DNA from: Heteronotia binoei
Taxonomy: Eukaryota
Reading direction: 5' to 3'
NCBI RefSeq assembly: GCF_032191835.1
Contig: NC_083225.1
Location: 182,218,001-182,282,000 of the forward strand
DNA: 64,000 nucleotides
The notes beneath the pieces are model-generated. The model had not been told where the DNA came from. It made no database searches and worked only from the letters and a program-made list of their open reading frames with translations. The number at the start of each line of letters is the position of its first letter. Position 1 is the first letter of the stretch. This document shows, piece by piece, positions 22,101-35,831 of the stretch. The translations under genes were made by a program, and so were the position numbers.

Positions 22101-25100
22101 TATTACTGTGAAAGTGGAAATCCACTTCTCTCTCCTTTTGTATGACTAAAAGTGTATTGCTGAGCAAAAATATTCTGGGACTTAATACTGTCCTCCACTT
22201 AGCATGTGTGTCATTGCCCCTTGAAAAATACATGTTTGCATCCGAATACTTGCTGATTCTGCAGCATGGCAAGTGACACATTTACCTAAGAGGAAAACGC
22301 CCAGAAGTATGACTGCAGGGATTTTTAGTGCCTCTTGAAGCATGTTTGAACCAGACAAACTGCAGAAATTTTTTTTTCCCCTCCCAGCCCTTGCTTACTG
22401 GTTGGTGTAATGTTGTTAAAACATTTGTTCAACAAGTGAACCATATTTGGAAAAAAATGTGTGAATGTTGCTTTGTAAATAGTTCTGCCACACTAATGAG
22501 AACACAGCGTCCTAATAAAACAAGGTGTGTTTATCTTCTGGTTACAGGCTCGAAAGATTTTCTTCCTTTTTTATCTCAGTGGTCACTAATTTTGATAGAA
22601 TTATATTATTGGAAGTTGTCGACTGGGGTGGCTTATTTGGAAAACTGCATCCTTGCAATACTGTGGTTGGAATTGCATCATACATGGGAGAAAGATGATG
22701 GAGGTACTAATGCCATGCTTGAAAGGAATTTTGTGCAACTGGGGATTGTTCGGTCTATGCTGGGGTTTATTGATTGGAGGGTCATTATCCAGAATTTCCA
22801 AGTGGCATCAGTTTAGGTGATTACTTGCCATGAGTTCCAGTCACATCCTCTTGCTCAGGATGGCTTATTATGGGCATTGAGTGCTTTACTAGGTGAGATA
22901 GTGACTGTAATGCAGTATCTCCAGAGCAGCCGTGCCTGTTCAGCTGAGTGGTCCATCTAGTCCAGCATCCCAGTTCCAGCAATTGTCAATTATATGCCAC
23001 AGTGAAGCACACAGTCATAGGCAGCAGCCCTTGGGTGATAAATGCTCTCCAGCATCCAACAGTTTGAGGGATTCTTCCTCTAATCTTGGAGGTGGCACTC
23101 GGCTACCATGACTTAATAGTCAACAATAAAGAATATTCTCTATGAATTTTACCTTACACCCCTCCCTTCCTGGGTTGGCAATGAATTACATGATCTTTGA
23201 ATATTCTGCCAATTAGATTAACCCTAGTACTACTGTAGCTTAGCCACAAGGCTGTTCTGCTAGAGGCGTTATTGTTCAGCTCATTTCAGTCTTAAATACA
23301 TAACATAAATGACAAAGATAAAATTGCAGCAGCAGAGGAAAGAGTTAATAGTTTTAATTGTAAGCTGCCTTGAGGAGGCCTCTGAAGAGGCAGCAATAGA
23401 AATATCTTAATAAGAAAAGTAACAAAAACAGCTGGTTCTCTTCAACTAGTTATTGTTTAGGCATTTGATATTGCTGTGATCTTCACAATGAGAACATCTG
23501 ACGTTGACAAAATTTATCTTACTCCATAGCTGTGCTTGGAGGAGAAACACAGTCTTTACAACTGCCGGGCCTTTCAGAATGTAGGATTTCAAGCGCCTTG
23601 GTATGCTTTATATTGGTGGACAAACACTTGTCAGATACTTTAGGCTGATCTTGCATTGAGCAGGAGGTTGGGCTAGATGGCCTGTATGGTCCCTTCCATG
23701 ATTCCATTACATGTTTTCACAGTTCATGATTGCTTAAGTGATGGTACAATTATAATTCTTGCAAGCACAAGAATGAATAACTTGCCTCCTAAAAGGAATA
23801 ATTATATAAAAACCCCTTTGCCAAGCATAACTGGAAGCTGTGCTTTTTGCTGAAAAGTCAATACTGTCATGTACTATACTAGTACAAACTTCATTTAGAT
23901 ACCTGTCTCTGCAGGACAAAAGTTACACATTTCTTAATAAGGAAATGCCTTGCTTTGGCTAGTACTAAGTAACAGAAAGTGTACATCAGTCTACAGTGCT
24001 AGGGGTCAGTACACTGTAATATTGCTAAGATTTCAGAGACATAAACTTCTTGTCCCGTGATTATTTTTTTTTTGTGACTGCCTAAGCCTTCATTATGGTA
24101 CCAAGTCAAGAAGAGAGGACTTTGCTCATTAAAAAATGTGTAAATTTGTGTGCATCTTCTAATACTGCAAATTAACTTGCTTTTTTTTCTTCTTTTAAAC
24201 AGCTTAGTAGTATCGAGGTGGGGGAATCACTTTTTCTATGTTCTGTTACTCCTTGGAGAGAAGTCAACAAAGTAGTTGTGGCCAGCCATGTCTCAAACTG
24301 GCGCCCAACAAAATGGATTTTGTTCTGAGTTACATTTAGTCTGTTGCTATTTAGCCAGCATTAGAAATCTTACAGTTGACAGGGTTTTCTTGGACTGGTT
24401 TTGAAGTACAGCATAAAAAGGTCAAATCATATTTTTGTACTTAAAGAGCCAAGTGACATGGAAATTCAGAACAAGAGAGCAACTGAGGGCCGCTATAAGC
24501 CTATTTGCATAACTCAGAATATAAAACTTTACATGACTAACAATTGTTATGTTGCTTAATTATCTGTAAAAATTTCTGCAGCCCACCCCCTTGTTGTAAG
24601 TTTTTTGTTAGGAAGCGGCACACGCAAGATCTCGCAATAAGTAATAAATACACACAGAAGCATGGTGTACATGGTTTGCACTTGGATTACTGGCAGGTGT
24701 TCAATTCTGTCATTGCTCCAACTGTAAAGAATCTGCAAGAAGTCCTTTAGTCATATAAAATATTTGCCAGCCATTCATTTATTACACTGGTTGTTCTGGC
24801 ATCCTGTCTGTCTCCCATGTGCCTTATTAAAGATTCATTTTCTGGTCATATTTGATTCTGTACCATGCCGTAGATTGCAGACCTTGCTCTATGTAAGACA
24901 TGTCTGATTCTCAGAATTTAACGAAGCTCTGCTGCTTTTGTTTTCCTGCATTCCTAAAAGGGCTCTACTTATGCTTATGTAAATACTTTCTGTTCAGAAA
25001 CCCACCTTAAGCTAATGAAAAGAGACGGTACTGACAGCTGATCATTATGAAAAAAAGGAATAGGCAATAAGAAGGGACTCCTCAGGTGTATTCCTTTTGA

Positions 25101-27259
25101 TATGATTAAGCAGGGCCATAAGTTTTTTTGTTGTTGTAGAAGTGAAATATCCCCCTCTGCTAGTGGGTGCTTCCTCATCACTGCTCAGCTGGCCAACGAG
25201 GGGGAGGGTGGAATGGCAGGAAACTGGTTGGGGGGGGGGGCAGATCAACAGCTTTCTGATATGCTGCCATCACTCCCTTGCGTGCTTGGAAGTGCCGCTT
25301 CCACTATTGATGCATCATCAGGGACACTCTTGTATTTGAACAGTACTCTATGGTTAAACCATAGAGTTTTGATCGAATGCCAGAGTGCCTGTGGCAACAT
25401 GCTGACGTCACTTCTGAACTCACGGCTGACATCGTTACATTGCTGGCAAGGCCCCACCCCCAACAAGGAAAGTCTCCCATTGGTTGCTGGTGGAGGGGCA
25501 CCTGCCAACCCTGGTTCAGATGCTGCAGTTAGGTGGCTGAAATACTCAGGGGAAAACATAATCAAGGGAAGACTTAACTGAGAGGTGTGCAAACTGTTGT
25601 AGAGCATCTGTTGAGCTGAAGTCAACAGGTGAAATTCTCAGTAGCTTCCATGCTAAAGCTTTCCCTGTGTTCTGATTGGCTGTTGCATTCTCTATGTGAA
25701 TTACAAATTGCACAAATTTTTACAAGCTGGATTCAGACTGCTTATGTCTACGAAGTTTGTGGAAGTAACGACAGTTGAGAAGGGCAGATGCGTTTGTTAA
25801 ATCTGAGCCAAGATCTGCTCCGTTAGATGTGAACTGTTCAGGCAGCTTTTATAAGTAATTATCATTGTAGAATGTTTATTATTTTGTGGATGTGTTGTGC
25901 GTTAAAGTGAAAGCAAACAAGGAAGTATTCCTTGGTTTGACTTAACTGATTTGCAAAACTGAGCATGCTTTTATAAATGAAAATCTTTTTTGAGTTTTCA
26001 AATCAAATCTTTATACGTATTTCTGAACCACTGTAATTTTCAGAAAGGCAGGTTATAAATGTGTGTAAAATTAGAACAGATTTGTTGAGAGGGTACTATT
26101 TTGAACCATAGGAGTTTTCCTTTTCCCAAGAGGCAATTGGTCCACTGAGATACTCTGACCTGAAGCAGCACTGTGGGTGCTATGACAGCACAAGTCCTTT
26201 TCCAGCACCTGCTGCTTTGACCTGGCCCCTTCCATGAGTAGGCAGTGTTATTTTTTTTTATTCTGAAAATATTCTCCGTCCAAGAACAGAGAAGGGTTGT
26301 TTCAGTCCTTGCACCTATCTTCTGTGAAGCTCACGTGATAGGCTGAATATCCCACCCCCCTCCCCTGCAGGGAGTTGAGGAAGAGTGTAGGATTTAACTC
26401 TTGTTGGTCTGGATCAAAATGTTTCTGTATAGTCTGTCCCCATCTAGCAGGTTTACTGCCTCTTGATTTGGAGGTTCCCTTCAGTCATAATAATGGTCAC
26501 TGCTGAATTTCTCATCCCTGAATCTGTCAGATGCATAACAAAGTGGGTCTGATTTTGTTAATATAATCCACTGAACAGAGTTCAGTTTATTGGGGGGGGG
26601 GGTTGTTTGCTTTTTTTTAAATTAAGAAAATGGGTTTTTGTCAGCTACTTTTAGACATTGGTCTCAGTGACCCAACTAGTGGGAATTTTGCTTCAATTTT
26701 GTTTTAGCTCTGTCTCCACAGGTGCTCTTGGTAAATACATGCCTTCTCTCCTTCCCATTCATTTCTTGCAGCCTCCTGTCTGCTTTAAGACAGATCATAT
26801 CGCTGCAACCCTTGGACAGGGAAAGCTGGAAGATAATTCTAGATTTAGACTATTCATAAAAATGGTACAAGAACCAACATTTTTACATTGTTTACTGTAG
26901 GTGTCTCTTCAGTGCGACTAAAAATGTGTGTGTGAAGCATCATTTATAGTGCTGAGTTTATATTTAGTTAGAGATAATATAGCAAGCTAGCATAATTGAT
27001 TTCTTGCTATGTAGCCTTATTACTGTAAGTTTTGTTATTGCTGGTTTGTATCCTTAAAAGTGAGTAAGGTGACACTAATTTATTTCTCGAAGATTTATTA
27101 TAAGGTTTCCATTTTATAATCAAAGAGTTATTTTATTTTCTTACTGTGTTGAGACTTAAATCCACTGGTTTATGGTCTACAGCCATGGCCAAACTGTGAC
27201 TCAGGAGCCACATGTGGGTCTTTCATGTATGATTACCTTGGCAGCAGTAAGCAGCATGA

Positions 27260-27474
27260 AGGGACGGTGGCTCAGTGGTAGAGCATCTGCTTGGGAAGCA
27301 GAAGGTCCCAGGTTCCATCCCTGGCATCTCCAAAAAAGGGTCCAGGCAAATAGGTGTGAAAAACCTCAGCTTGAGACCCTGGAGAGCCGCTGCCAGTCTG
27401 AGAAGACAATACTGACTTTGATGGACCAAGGGTCTGATTCAGTATAAGGCAGCTTCATATGTTCATATGTTCAA
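27260..27474 (+). mobile_element. tRNA-derived SINE with CR1-type tail (Squam2-like)
   Basis: A-box head gggacggtggctcagtggtagagc and tail gcagcttcatatgttcatatgttca. Second copy at 61918-62128. Confidence 0.75.
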
Positions 27475-27542
27475 CTCATTAGTACATTGAGTTCCTGCTG
27501 GCCTTCCTTAAATAATGTATGAGGTTAGCAGATCGGTTAGAA

Positions 27543-28731
27543 CAGGGGTGTTGAACTCATTTGTTATGAGGGCTGGATTTGACATAAATGAGACCTTGTC
27601 AGGCTGGGCCATGTGTGTCATAAAATAATCCCAGGTAGCAGAGAGATAAACTTTATAAAGGGCAGAGACAAACACAATTTTTTTTTACTTAAAACATGCT
27701 TAAAATATTAGCACACTTGCAGTATTTTAAGTCTCTGAATTATTGCATCAAAAACTGGAGACAATGTCTGTGCTGTAGCAATCTTGAGTATGCTGTCCAT
27801 AGTGTTGTTCAGGTGTGCCTCTGTAAGTTGCAAACCTACTTTTGATTTATTGACATTTGTTACAGAAATCTCATGGGCAATGTTTTGAGCCTGAGACCCA
27901 GAGGAAAACATGAAATGGCTGGGCATTGTGAGCTTTTGTACATAAATTGCTTCATGTACCGGTCAAAGAACATGTGAAAGCACCATGGCACAGACAGAGG
28001 GCTATGTGTTTGTCTACAAAACTATATTATCCACCAGAAAAATAACTACAACTCCTATGTGACAGTACAAGAATACAGTACAGCCATGTATAGTGGTCAG
28101 TATCAGCCTACTATCAGGGAATTCTTAACTTCAAATCCCCAAAGGAAAATGTGAAAGAAAAATCAGAGGAAATGTGCTGGGTGAACTTGGTCTGGACAAT
28201 CTCTCAGCCTTATCCTGGTTGTTGATCTTCTGGATCATGAAGGCATGAATACAGTTGCACCCAGGAGAGGCCCTGACATAATGAGCCAACAAAACATACT
28301 GTGGATGTAGCAAGGCAAGAATCTCGTACCTTGAATAAAACGTTCTAGGTCTTAAAAGTGCTTTCGTGTATCTCCCATGCGATTGATGGGAGGTAACTGG
28401 ATAAAGGAAACTCTCCCTCCCCCCCCCGATAGGAGGAGGGGGAGGAGCCTCAGCCTTCAGAAGGAAGAGAGGCTTGTCTCAGTAGCTCTGCAGTATGATT
28501 GAAAGAGCCTGGCACCCTAAGCTATCAATCACATGGCAGAGCTACAGAGCCAAGCTCCTTCATTGGTTTATCCCCCTCCTTGGAAAGAACAAAAGAGTGC
28601 TTTGCTCGGCTGCCTCATCACAGGAGAAAAAGGTAGCCAAAGGAAGCAGGTGATGGCCAGTTGCTGGTGGGCCTGATTAGAGCCGTCTGGGAGCTAAATT
28701 AGGCCTGCGGGTTGGACGTTTGACACTCCTG
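27543..28731. mobile_element. hAT MITE (CAGGGGTGTCAA family), long copy
   Basis: caggggtgttgaactc...tttgacactcctg. Perfect TSD ggttagaa (27535-27542, 28732-28739). Confidence 0.85.
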
Positions 28732-31027
28732 GGTTAGAACATAGCTGTTTTCATTGTTTCCAGAATCCTTTTCTTGGAAATTTTAATTAAAAGAGTAATA
28801 ATGCCCAACAGGTGTTGGTGAAAGGGCTTATACATGTTGCCTCTAGCAGATAGGTTCTAAGAGTGTGTATTTAACTCTTTAAAAGCCATCAGTGAACCTG
28901 GTAAACCTGCAAGAACTCTACCTTTAAACACAGAATCTGCTGTGTGCAGAAGTTCCTTGATAAATGAAGCGGTGAGTTTCCTATTAGTAGAAATGACAGT
29001 GGTGGGACAATCAGCTGTAAAGGCTGTGCATTTGCAAAACTAAGATTTTAATCACTGACTACAGCCCCTGTTCATTTATTTATAATACCTACTTAAATTG
29101 TTTCAATCAAGTATAGTGTTGTCTACATGCTGATCGATGCCTAGGACTGAAGTTTCTCACATTCCTTACCCACAGTCATTCCACCTGCCCCATAATTGAC
29201 ATAGGACTCTTGTGGAGAAACAGCTGTGTGAGCAGGAGACATGCTAGAGGGAGATAGAAAGGAAAGTCATCTTGCTCGCTATTCAGCAGGTACAGCTGTT
29301 CTGAAGGAGGGGGACAGTTTCCTCCCTCTTCTCCCCCAGTTCCATGTCCTTACCTACGGGGCAACACCCCTCCCCCCAAAAAAACCCAACCCCAAACAAA
29401 CCCCAAACTGAATAGTAGTAAAGAGCTTTACAGCCCCCTAAAATTTTTACTTACTGTTTCCTGCTACTTTCACAGGAGACAGGGCTGAAGAGTAGGACAG
29501 ACAGTGAACTGGAACTTACTTGGGATTTGAAATCTAGCCACCTAGTTATGCATGTAGCACCTTCAACCAACTGTAGTGTTGGTCCTTAACTCATGGCTCC
29601 AGTTTTGATCTTAAAATATCTCAGAGTGCTCAAGCTTATGGATGTTTATTTACCGTTCAGAAACGTGTTCATATTATAGGACAGTGTGTGTCAGTCAAGG
29701 TGAGGGAGTGTATGGTCTTAAGTGGCTGTTTCTCAGTGGTTTCTTAGTACCCCGAGTCCTAAAACCAAGACTGTCCAGTTTTTGATGGGTGCAGTGGATC
29801 ACTCTACTTAGAGTCAAAGGTCGGCAAGGACAGTGTGCACAGCTTGAGTCTAAAGGAATTGGGAAGAATCAGCATCTAAATTGCTATATTCCCTTTAAGC
29901 AGCATTTCTGAGATTAAAAACTTCTTACCCATCCTCTAAAACTAGGTCACATTGCCCTTATAAGGTATCCTGCCAGGCCCCATGCAGGTTACAGCTTTAA
30001 TTGTGGTCTCCTGGGTCTCTTATTCAACAGTACCCTTTTAATTTTCCATCGAAACTAGCAAATCCCTGCAACAGTTTGGAGGAAAACTGACTGAATTTTG
30101 TTGGAGCAGCCTCTCTTGTCCGGGTGACAGCTCCGCTTTACATTTCCACTGTGCTTGGTACAACATCAGGGCAGGGCTGGATTCCAAAACAGGACTTGAG
30201 TGTGGGGGGGTGGTACTTCTACAGAAAACGCTGTGGGGCCCCACTGTCTGTCTTGCAGACACCCCTTACATCTGATGAGTCATATATCTTCAGATATATT
30301 AAACTGAGATAGTTGGAAGAAACAAAACTATGCCCAACGGCCCTTATATCTGCTCCCCAGCATCCTTAGGTCTCGAATGTTTTTTGTGGCAAAATGCCCC
30401 ATTATCTATCACACAACTATTCCTAGTCATCGCAGGGCATTTAATATTTGCTAGACAAAATGCATTTCCCTCCAAAGTTTTGCAGGGGAGATACCATCGA
30501 GTCCCTTGATGCGATAGACTCTGTTCCTGTGGAGCAAATATTCCCGACTCAATTCAGCATATATTGCTTGATTGTTCTATATATCATAATCTCCGTAAAG
30601 ATCTATTTTGCAAACTTTCCTTCTCCCCAGATCTGTCTATTCTGCCACCCTGTCATTTACTGAATGGGAGGTTAGGGAGGCTGTGGCAAAATGTTTGGCT
30701 GACATTCAGTCAGTCAGTTTATTTACGGTCACAGACCAAGTAAAACATAAGAATTTAAAAGCTTCAACGCAGAAGAGAAAATCTGTGCTATAATAAGTAG
30801 TTAGAAAAGACAATTTCTTAATATGTTCAATATAAAAGTTACGTCAAAGTGCAAGTTAAAACAACATCTCACAGCTAAGAAGCAGTAAGATGAGTCAGAT
30901 ACTATAGCAGGCAGCACAGAACTTCTTAACAGCTTCGGAAATGAGCTGGTTTTCATCTGAAAGCATGAGATTTAGACATTCTGATTCCAGCAACCCAGAA
31001 TTTGCCCTTAATATAGGCTCTATATCG

Positions 31028-31487
31028 TGGGTGTCAAACTCGTATATTATGAGGGCCGGATCTGACAAATGAGACCTTGAGGGGCCAGGCCATCTGTGTA
31101 CCTACTTAAGATTTGGTAGCAGAGATATAAATTTTATAAAGAACACAAACACAAATATATATATTTTTAAAACTTAAAACATGCTTAAAACGGTAGCACT
31201 CATTGGACTTAAGGGTGCTTTCTTTGTATTTCTTACACGGGATCCAGGGAACTGGGCAAAGGCAGCTCTGGTTCTTTCCTTCCTTCCCCAGAAACTGGGC
31301 TGGGTGGGAAGCCTCAGCCAATAGAAGGAAGAGGTTTGTCTCAGTAACTCTGCTGTGCTATTGAGCAAGCCTGGCAAAACAAGCTGTTATGTGGAAGGAA
31401 GCAAGAGAGAGGGAGGAAGCAGATCGGGGGCCTGATAGCTCTCCAGGGGCCTGATTCGGCCCGCAAACTGCATGTTTCACACCCCTG
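31028..31487. mobile_element. hAT MITE (CAGGGGTGTCAA family)
   Basis: gggtgtcaaactc...atgagggccggatctgac...catgtttcacacccctg. Confidence 0.75.
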
Positions 31488-31489
31488 TT

Positions 31490-31680
31490 CTATGTTTCGC
31501 ATGAACCTCTTTATACCAGGAACACCTAAGAATTATATGCATAGTGGATTCAACTTCCCCTAAACCACAGTGGCAAAGCCTTTGTGCAAAAGGGATCCCC
31601 TTGTACCTGGTCTCAAGAACTCCTGAGGGAAGCGCTGAGCAACTGGCCAGAGTAAAAAGCTTTTCTGAATTTATGGACAT
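31490..31680 (-). mobile_element. Degenerate non-LTR retrotransposon ORF2 C-terminal fragment
   Basis: Minus frame RYKGIPFAQRLCHCGLGEVESTMHIILRCSWY has the Cys/His motif typical of LINE ORF2 C-termini. Clade not determined. Confidence 0.5.
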
Positions 31681-31935
31681 CTAGGTGGAGATAGTTTAGG
31701 TAACCAACCTGATATCTAATCTGCTCTGGTGATCTAAAGGCTTGGGCATTTGGCAAGGCTGACATTCTTAAATTTAAATCTGATCCTGTATGAAGGCATT
31801 TGTAATCTTGGTTTCTTTTTGATTTTATCTCCCAATGTTTAACGTTTTTATATTTGGTGCATTTTCATTCGCAACTGTTATGCCAATAAAGGTTTGGTGT
31901 GAGGAGAAAATGCTGTAGGGCCCCGCTGCCTGTTT

Positions 31936-33312
31936 TAAGAACATAAGAGAAGCCATGTTAGATCAGGCCAATGGCCCATCCAGTCCAACACTCTGTGTCA
32001 CATAAGAGAAGCCATGTTGGATCAGGCCAGTGGCCCCTCCAGTCCAACACTCGGTGTCACACAGTGGCCAGAACATATATACACACTGTGGCTAATAGCC
32101 ACTGATGGACCTCTTTTTATCTAACCCCCTCTTGAAGGTGGCTATGCTTGTGGCCGCCACCACCTCCTGTGGCAGTGAGTTCCATATGTTAATCATCCTT
32201 TGGGTGAAGAAGTACTTCCTTTTATCCGTTTTAACCTGTCTGCTCAGCAATTTCATCAAATGCCCACGAGTTCTTGTATTGTGAGAAAGGGAGAAAAGGA
32301 CTTATTTCTCTACCTTCTCCATCCCATGCATTGTCTTGTAAACCTCTATCATGTCACCCCGCAGTCGACGTTTCTCCAAGCTAAAGAGCCCCAAACGTTT
32401 CAACCTTTCTTCATAGGGAAAGTGTTCTAGCCCTTTAATCATTCTAGTTGCCCTTTTCTGGACTTTCTCCAATGCTATAATATTCTTTTTGAGGTGCAGC
32501 GACCAGAACTGCACAGTCCTCCAAATGAGACCGCACCATCGATTTATACAGGGGCATTATGATACTGGCTGATTTGTTTTCAATTCCCTTCCTAATAATT
32601 CCCAGCATGGTGTTGGCCTTTTTATTGCAAACGCACACTGTCTTGACATTTTCAGTGAGTTATCTACCGTGACCCCAAGATCTCTCTCTTGGTCAGTCTC
32701 TGCCAGTTCACACCTCATCAACTTGTATTTGTAGCTGGGATTCTTGGCCCCAATGTGCATTACTTTACACTTGGCCACATTGAACTGCATCTGCCACGTT
32801 GACGCCCACTCACCCAGCCTCAACAGATCCCTTTGGAGTGCCTCACAATCCTCTCTGGTTCTCACCACCCTGAACAATTTAGTGTCATCCACAAACTTGG
32901 CCACTTCACTGCTCACTCCCAACTCTAAATCATTTATGAACAAGTTAAAGAGCATGGGACCCAGTACCGAGCCCTGCGGCACCCCACTGCTTACCGTCCT
33001 CCACTGCGAAGACTGCCCATTTATACTCACTCTCTGCTTCCTATTACGCAGCCAGTTTTTGATCCACAAGAGGACCTGTCCTTTTACTCCATGACTCTCA
33101 AGCTTTCTAAGGAGCCTTTGATGAGGAACTTTATCAAAAGCTTTCTGGAAGTCAAGGTAAACAATTTCTATCGGGTCTCCTTTGTTCACCCCCTCAAAGA
33201 AATGTAACAGGATAGTGAGGCAAGATCTTCCCTTACAGAACCCATGCTGAGTCTTCCTCAATAACCCGTGTTCATCAGTGTGCCTACTCATTCTGTCCTT
33301 GATAATGGTTTT
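31936..33312 (-). mobile_element. CR1 LINE, 5'-truncated (about 1.4 kb), frameshifted RT, doubled 3' tail
   Basis: ORFs QHGFCKGRSCLT...YLDFQKAFDKVPH...GVPQGSVLGP...KFVDDTKL and QFWSLHLKK...[18 protein letters not shown]. The tail unit occurs twice at 31936-32065. Confidence 0.93.
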
Positions 33313-33501
33313 GCGGACACCCCTCCCCCAAAGTACCTTTGTGGATCTGGCGCAAGAAATGCTGAGCTTGTGGCATTTACAGGAGGGTTGATATTGCCAG
33401 GTCCAGCACTTGTTTTTAAAGACAGTCTTTTAATGCAGATGTTATATTCACGAAGAGGGGGGGAAAGATCAAGCACATCAGTAGCTGTAAAAATTCTCAT
33501 T

Positions 33502-33706
33502 TTAATCACTGAGTTCTTCAGAATCCCTCCCAGCTTCAGGCAACTGAAGCATTTTGATATATATATCATAATACTTTGAGCCCAAGTAGGTTCCCAGCGC
33601 AGCTTGCAAGATTGCCGCAAATCTCAGTTTTCTGTAAGCCGGATTGCAGACTCTCATCCAGTACCGGAACGTGTTCTCATTACCTGGCAAAGGAGCTGTG
33701 GAATAC
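33502..33706 (-). CDS. TMEM126A: TMEM126A-like, last coding exon
   Basis: Acceptor tgtttttctAG. (R)YSTAPLPGNENTFRYWMRVCNPAYRKLRFAAILQAALGTYLGSKYYDIYIKMLQLPEAGRDSEELSD*. TAA at 33504-33502. Confidence 0.9.
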
Positions 33707-34307
33707 CTAGAAAAACAGAACATTTTCCTTCAGTGACGACGAAACCAAATATTCTAGCATCAAAAGTGGGGGGGGGGGTGCAACTGTGGTAAAGCTGTTG
33801 CATAAAAAGCAGCTTATTCTACTTTAAAATAAAAATAGATGCCAAGCCCAACTACAGTTTTTCAGGATATAGAATACCTGCTGAAAAGAGGGAGTTACGG
33901 GTTACATGAAAGCGTATTATGGTTCATGTACCCCCCCCCCCCAAGTGGATACTATTAAACCCAACTAGCTGTCTGAGAGAATAAACAAGTTGCTAGTGTC
34001 ATTGCATTGGAGGATGTGTTAATGCCAATATAACTATGAAGAATGAAGGGACTAATTTGAACAGTGACTGGGAGAGAAGCATGTGTCGAAACAGTATGCC
34101 CTTCAGCTCAAACACCTGCAGTAGAGGAATTCTACATCAGACAGATGCTCAAAAATACCACAGGTTATTTGTTATATTAGTGCCACAGTCCAAGGAAAGA
34201 AACAGACACTGTTTTTGCAGGAGCACAGCTGAGACAGGCCAGTGTTGCATAATGAAGCTGGTAGCTGTGTCAGGCTGCAGCGGAAGAGCGGGGTCTGAGT
34301 AGTCACT

Positions 34308-34415
34308 CCTTAAAAGGCCAACAAGATTTCTGGATATGCTTTCAAGAGTCTGATGAAGGAGATTTGACTCTTCCAAAGCTTATACCCTGGCATTCTTTAA
34401 GGTGGTCTTTAAAGT
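34308..34415. mobile_element. Penelope-like-element-derived palindromic remnant
   Basis: ctgatgaaggag...ctctt.caaagcttataccc...ggtctttaaagtgc. Similar remnants at 40770-40875, 43990-44175 and 46575-46680. Confidence 0.55.
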
Positions 34416-34663
34416 GCAGTTTCTCTCCCTCGAACGATCAACATTGACAGCATTTATTTGCGCCTTCATTCAAGTGGTTATCCTAGAAAACTGACATGGG
34501 ACAGTTTTTGAAACAAGTTATCCCAGCGTAGGACGTTACCGCAGTTTTGAACGTTTGCTTGGTTGTCAAGGATTGCAGTACATCTCCCAACTGTGACAAT
34601 GCTCTTGGATGGCGGGCTAGTCCCATTTTGCAGGTGTGGTTTCGATGCAAATTACAAATATAC

Positions 34664-34778
34664 CTAGTCGCGAGACCTCCATTGAGCGGAATAGCCATGA
34701 GTGCAGGATACAGACAGCCCATAAAGGCTCCAATTAATCCTCCTCTGACTGAGGCACAAGCTGCACAATTCAGATCAC
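34664..34778 (-). CDS. TMEM126A: TMEM126A-like, coding exon 3 (115 nt)
   Basis: AG/GT boundaries. (G)DLNCAACASVRGGLIGAFMGCLYPALMAIPLNGGLAT(R). Confidence 0.92.
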
Positions 34779-35831
34779 CTGGAAGGGAGGGAAAATAAAG
34801 CCACAAACTGGATGAAACCGTTCACATGTACCCCTTTAAAAATTACATCAGGTATGTACAGCATTACGGGCATCCCTTGATGTATGGACAACTCTCCTTT
34901 TTCAGTCTTCTAAAAAACCCGTATTTCCTAATTAGCGAGATGCTGCCAGACAGTAAGAAGCCGCTCAGAAATTACAGTAAATCGGAAAAGCTTTATTACT
35001 GCCCATCCTTTACTACAGCTGTGTAAACGTCTTGTCGTGGAAATTAAAACGACAGCATCAGACACATACATCTTGCTTTTGCCCTTTGGAGAGAGGAAGC
35101 ACCCTGCACCCTCCCTTCCCACTGGTATAAGGCAGTGTCCATCGCCCAGGCAGGGGAAAAGGCAACACAGTAAGCCCATAACCTCTGCCACTGATGTGCA
35201 CACATTACCAGGGTCTACAGTGGGTCCCCACTGCCTGAGGGCGCCTCGGTGTCCAGTAAGTGTTTTTAGAAAGTGGGTGGAGCTGGGTTGTCCCCCCCCC
35301 CCCTGCCCAAGCAAGGGTTCTGATTGGCTGATGTAGATATGATTGGTTGTGTAGATTTTTCAAAACATTGCTTTGGCAGCTGCTGCCACAACACGAGCAT
35401 CTTTGCTGTGTGACTGAAAGTAAGCAGCGGCAGCCATCTTGTGCTGTGTCCACCACACAGTCTCAGAATTCCCAACGTGCCTAGAGGCTCAAAAAGCTTG
35501 GCGACCCTGGCCTAGAAAGCATAGCCCGGGGAAAGGGAAATGGGGCAGCCCTGTAAGCTCCTGGAGGATTGGCTACATCAGGGGTGTGTGGCCTAATATG
35601 CAAAGGAGCTCCTACAAAAAAAGCCCTGGGAACCCCTGTGCTATATAAGAAAAGGTGTGTGTGGAGGGGGGGGGTGAGCTTGGCCTGTCTTTTGCCTTGT
35701 CAGGTAGTTCTCATGCCCCTTGCTAGCAAAGCCACCCAACAGCATGTCTTGCAAATTTCCCCACTGTCTGCACAATGCGAGATGCCACGGTACATTTGAA
35801 AGGTTTAATTTTGGAAGTTTGAGCATTGTAC

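Noticed and set aside
21749-22816. 110-aa minus and 162-aa plus ORFs downstream of CREBZF as novel or viral genes
   Set aside because: Non-ATG starts, no splice or domain signature that I recognise, and composition consistent with UTR or intergenic DNA. A tBLASTx search would be needed to exclude them fully.
25345-25367. Perfect palindrome actctatggtt-a-aaccatagagt
   Set aside because: Lies in a decayed DNA-transposon-like region and is too short for a pre-miRNA; no independent support.
27260-27335. tRNA gene (also 61918 and the Squam3/Sauria heads)
   Set aside because: A and B boxes are present but run into SINE bodies found in multiple copies, with no convincing acceptor stem.
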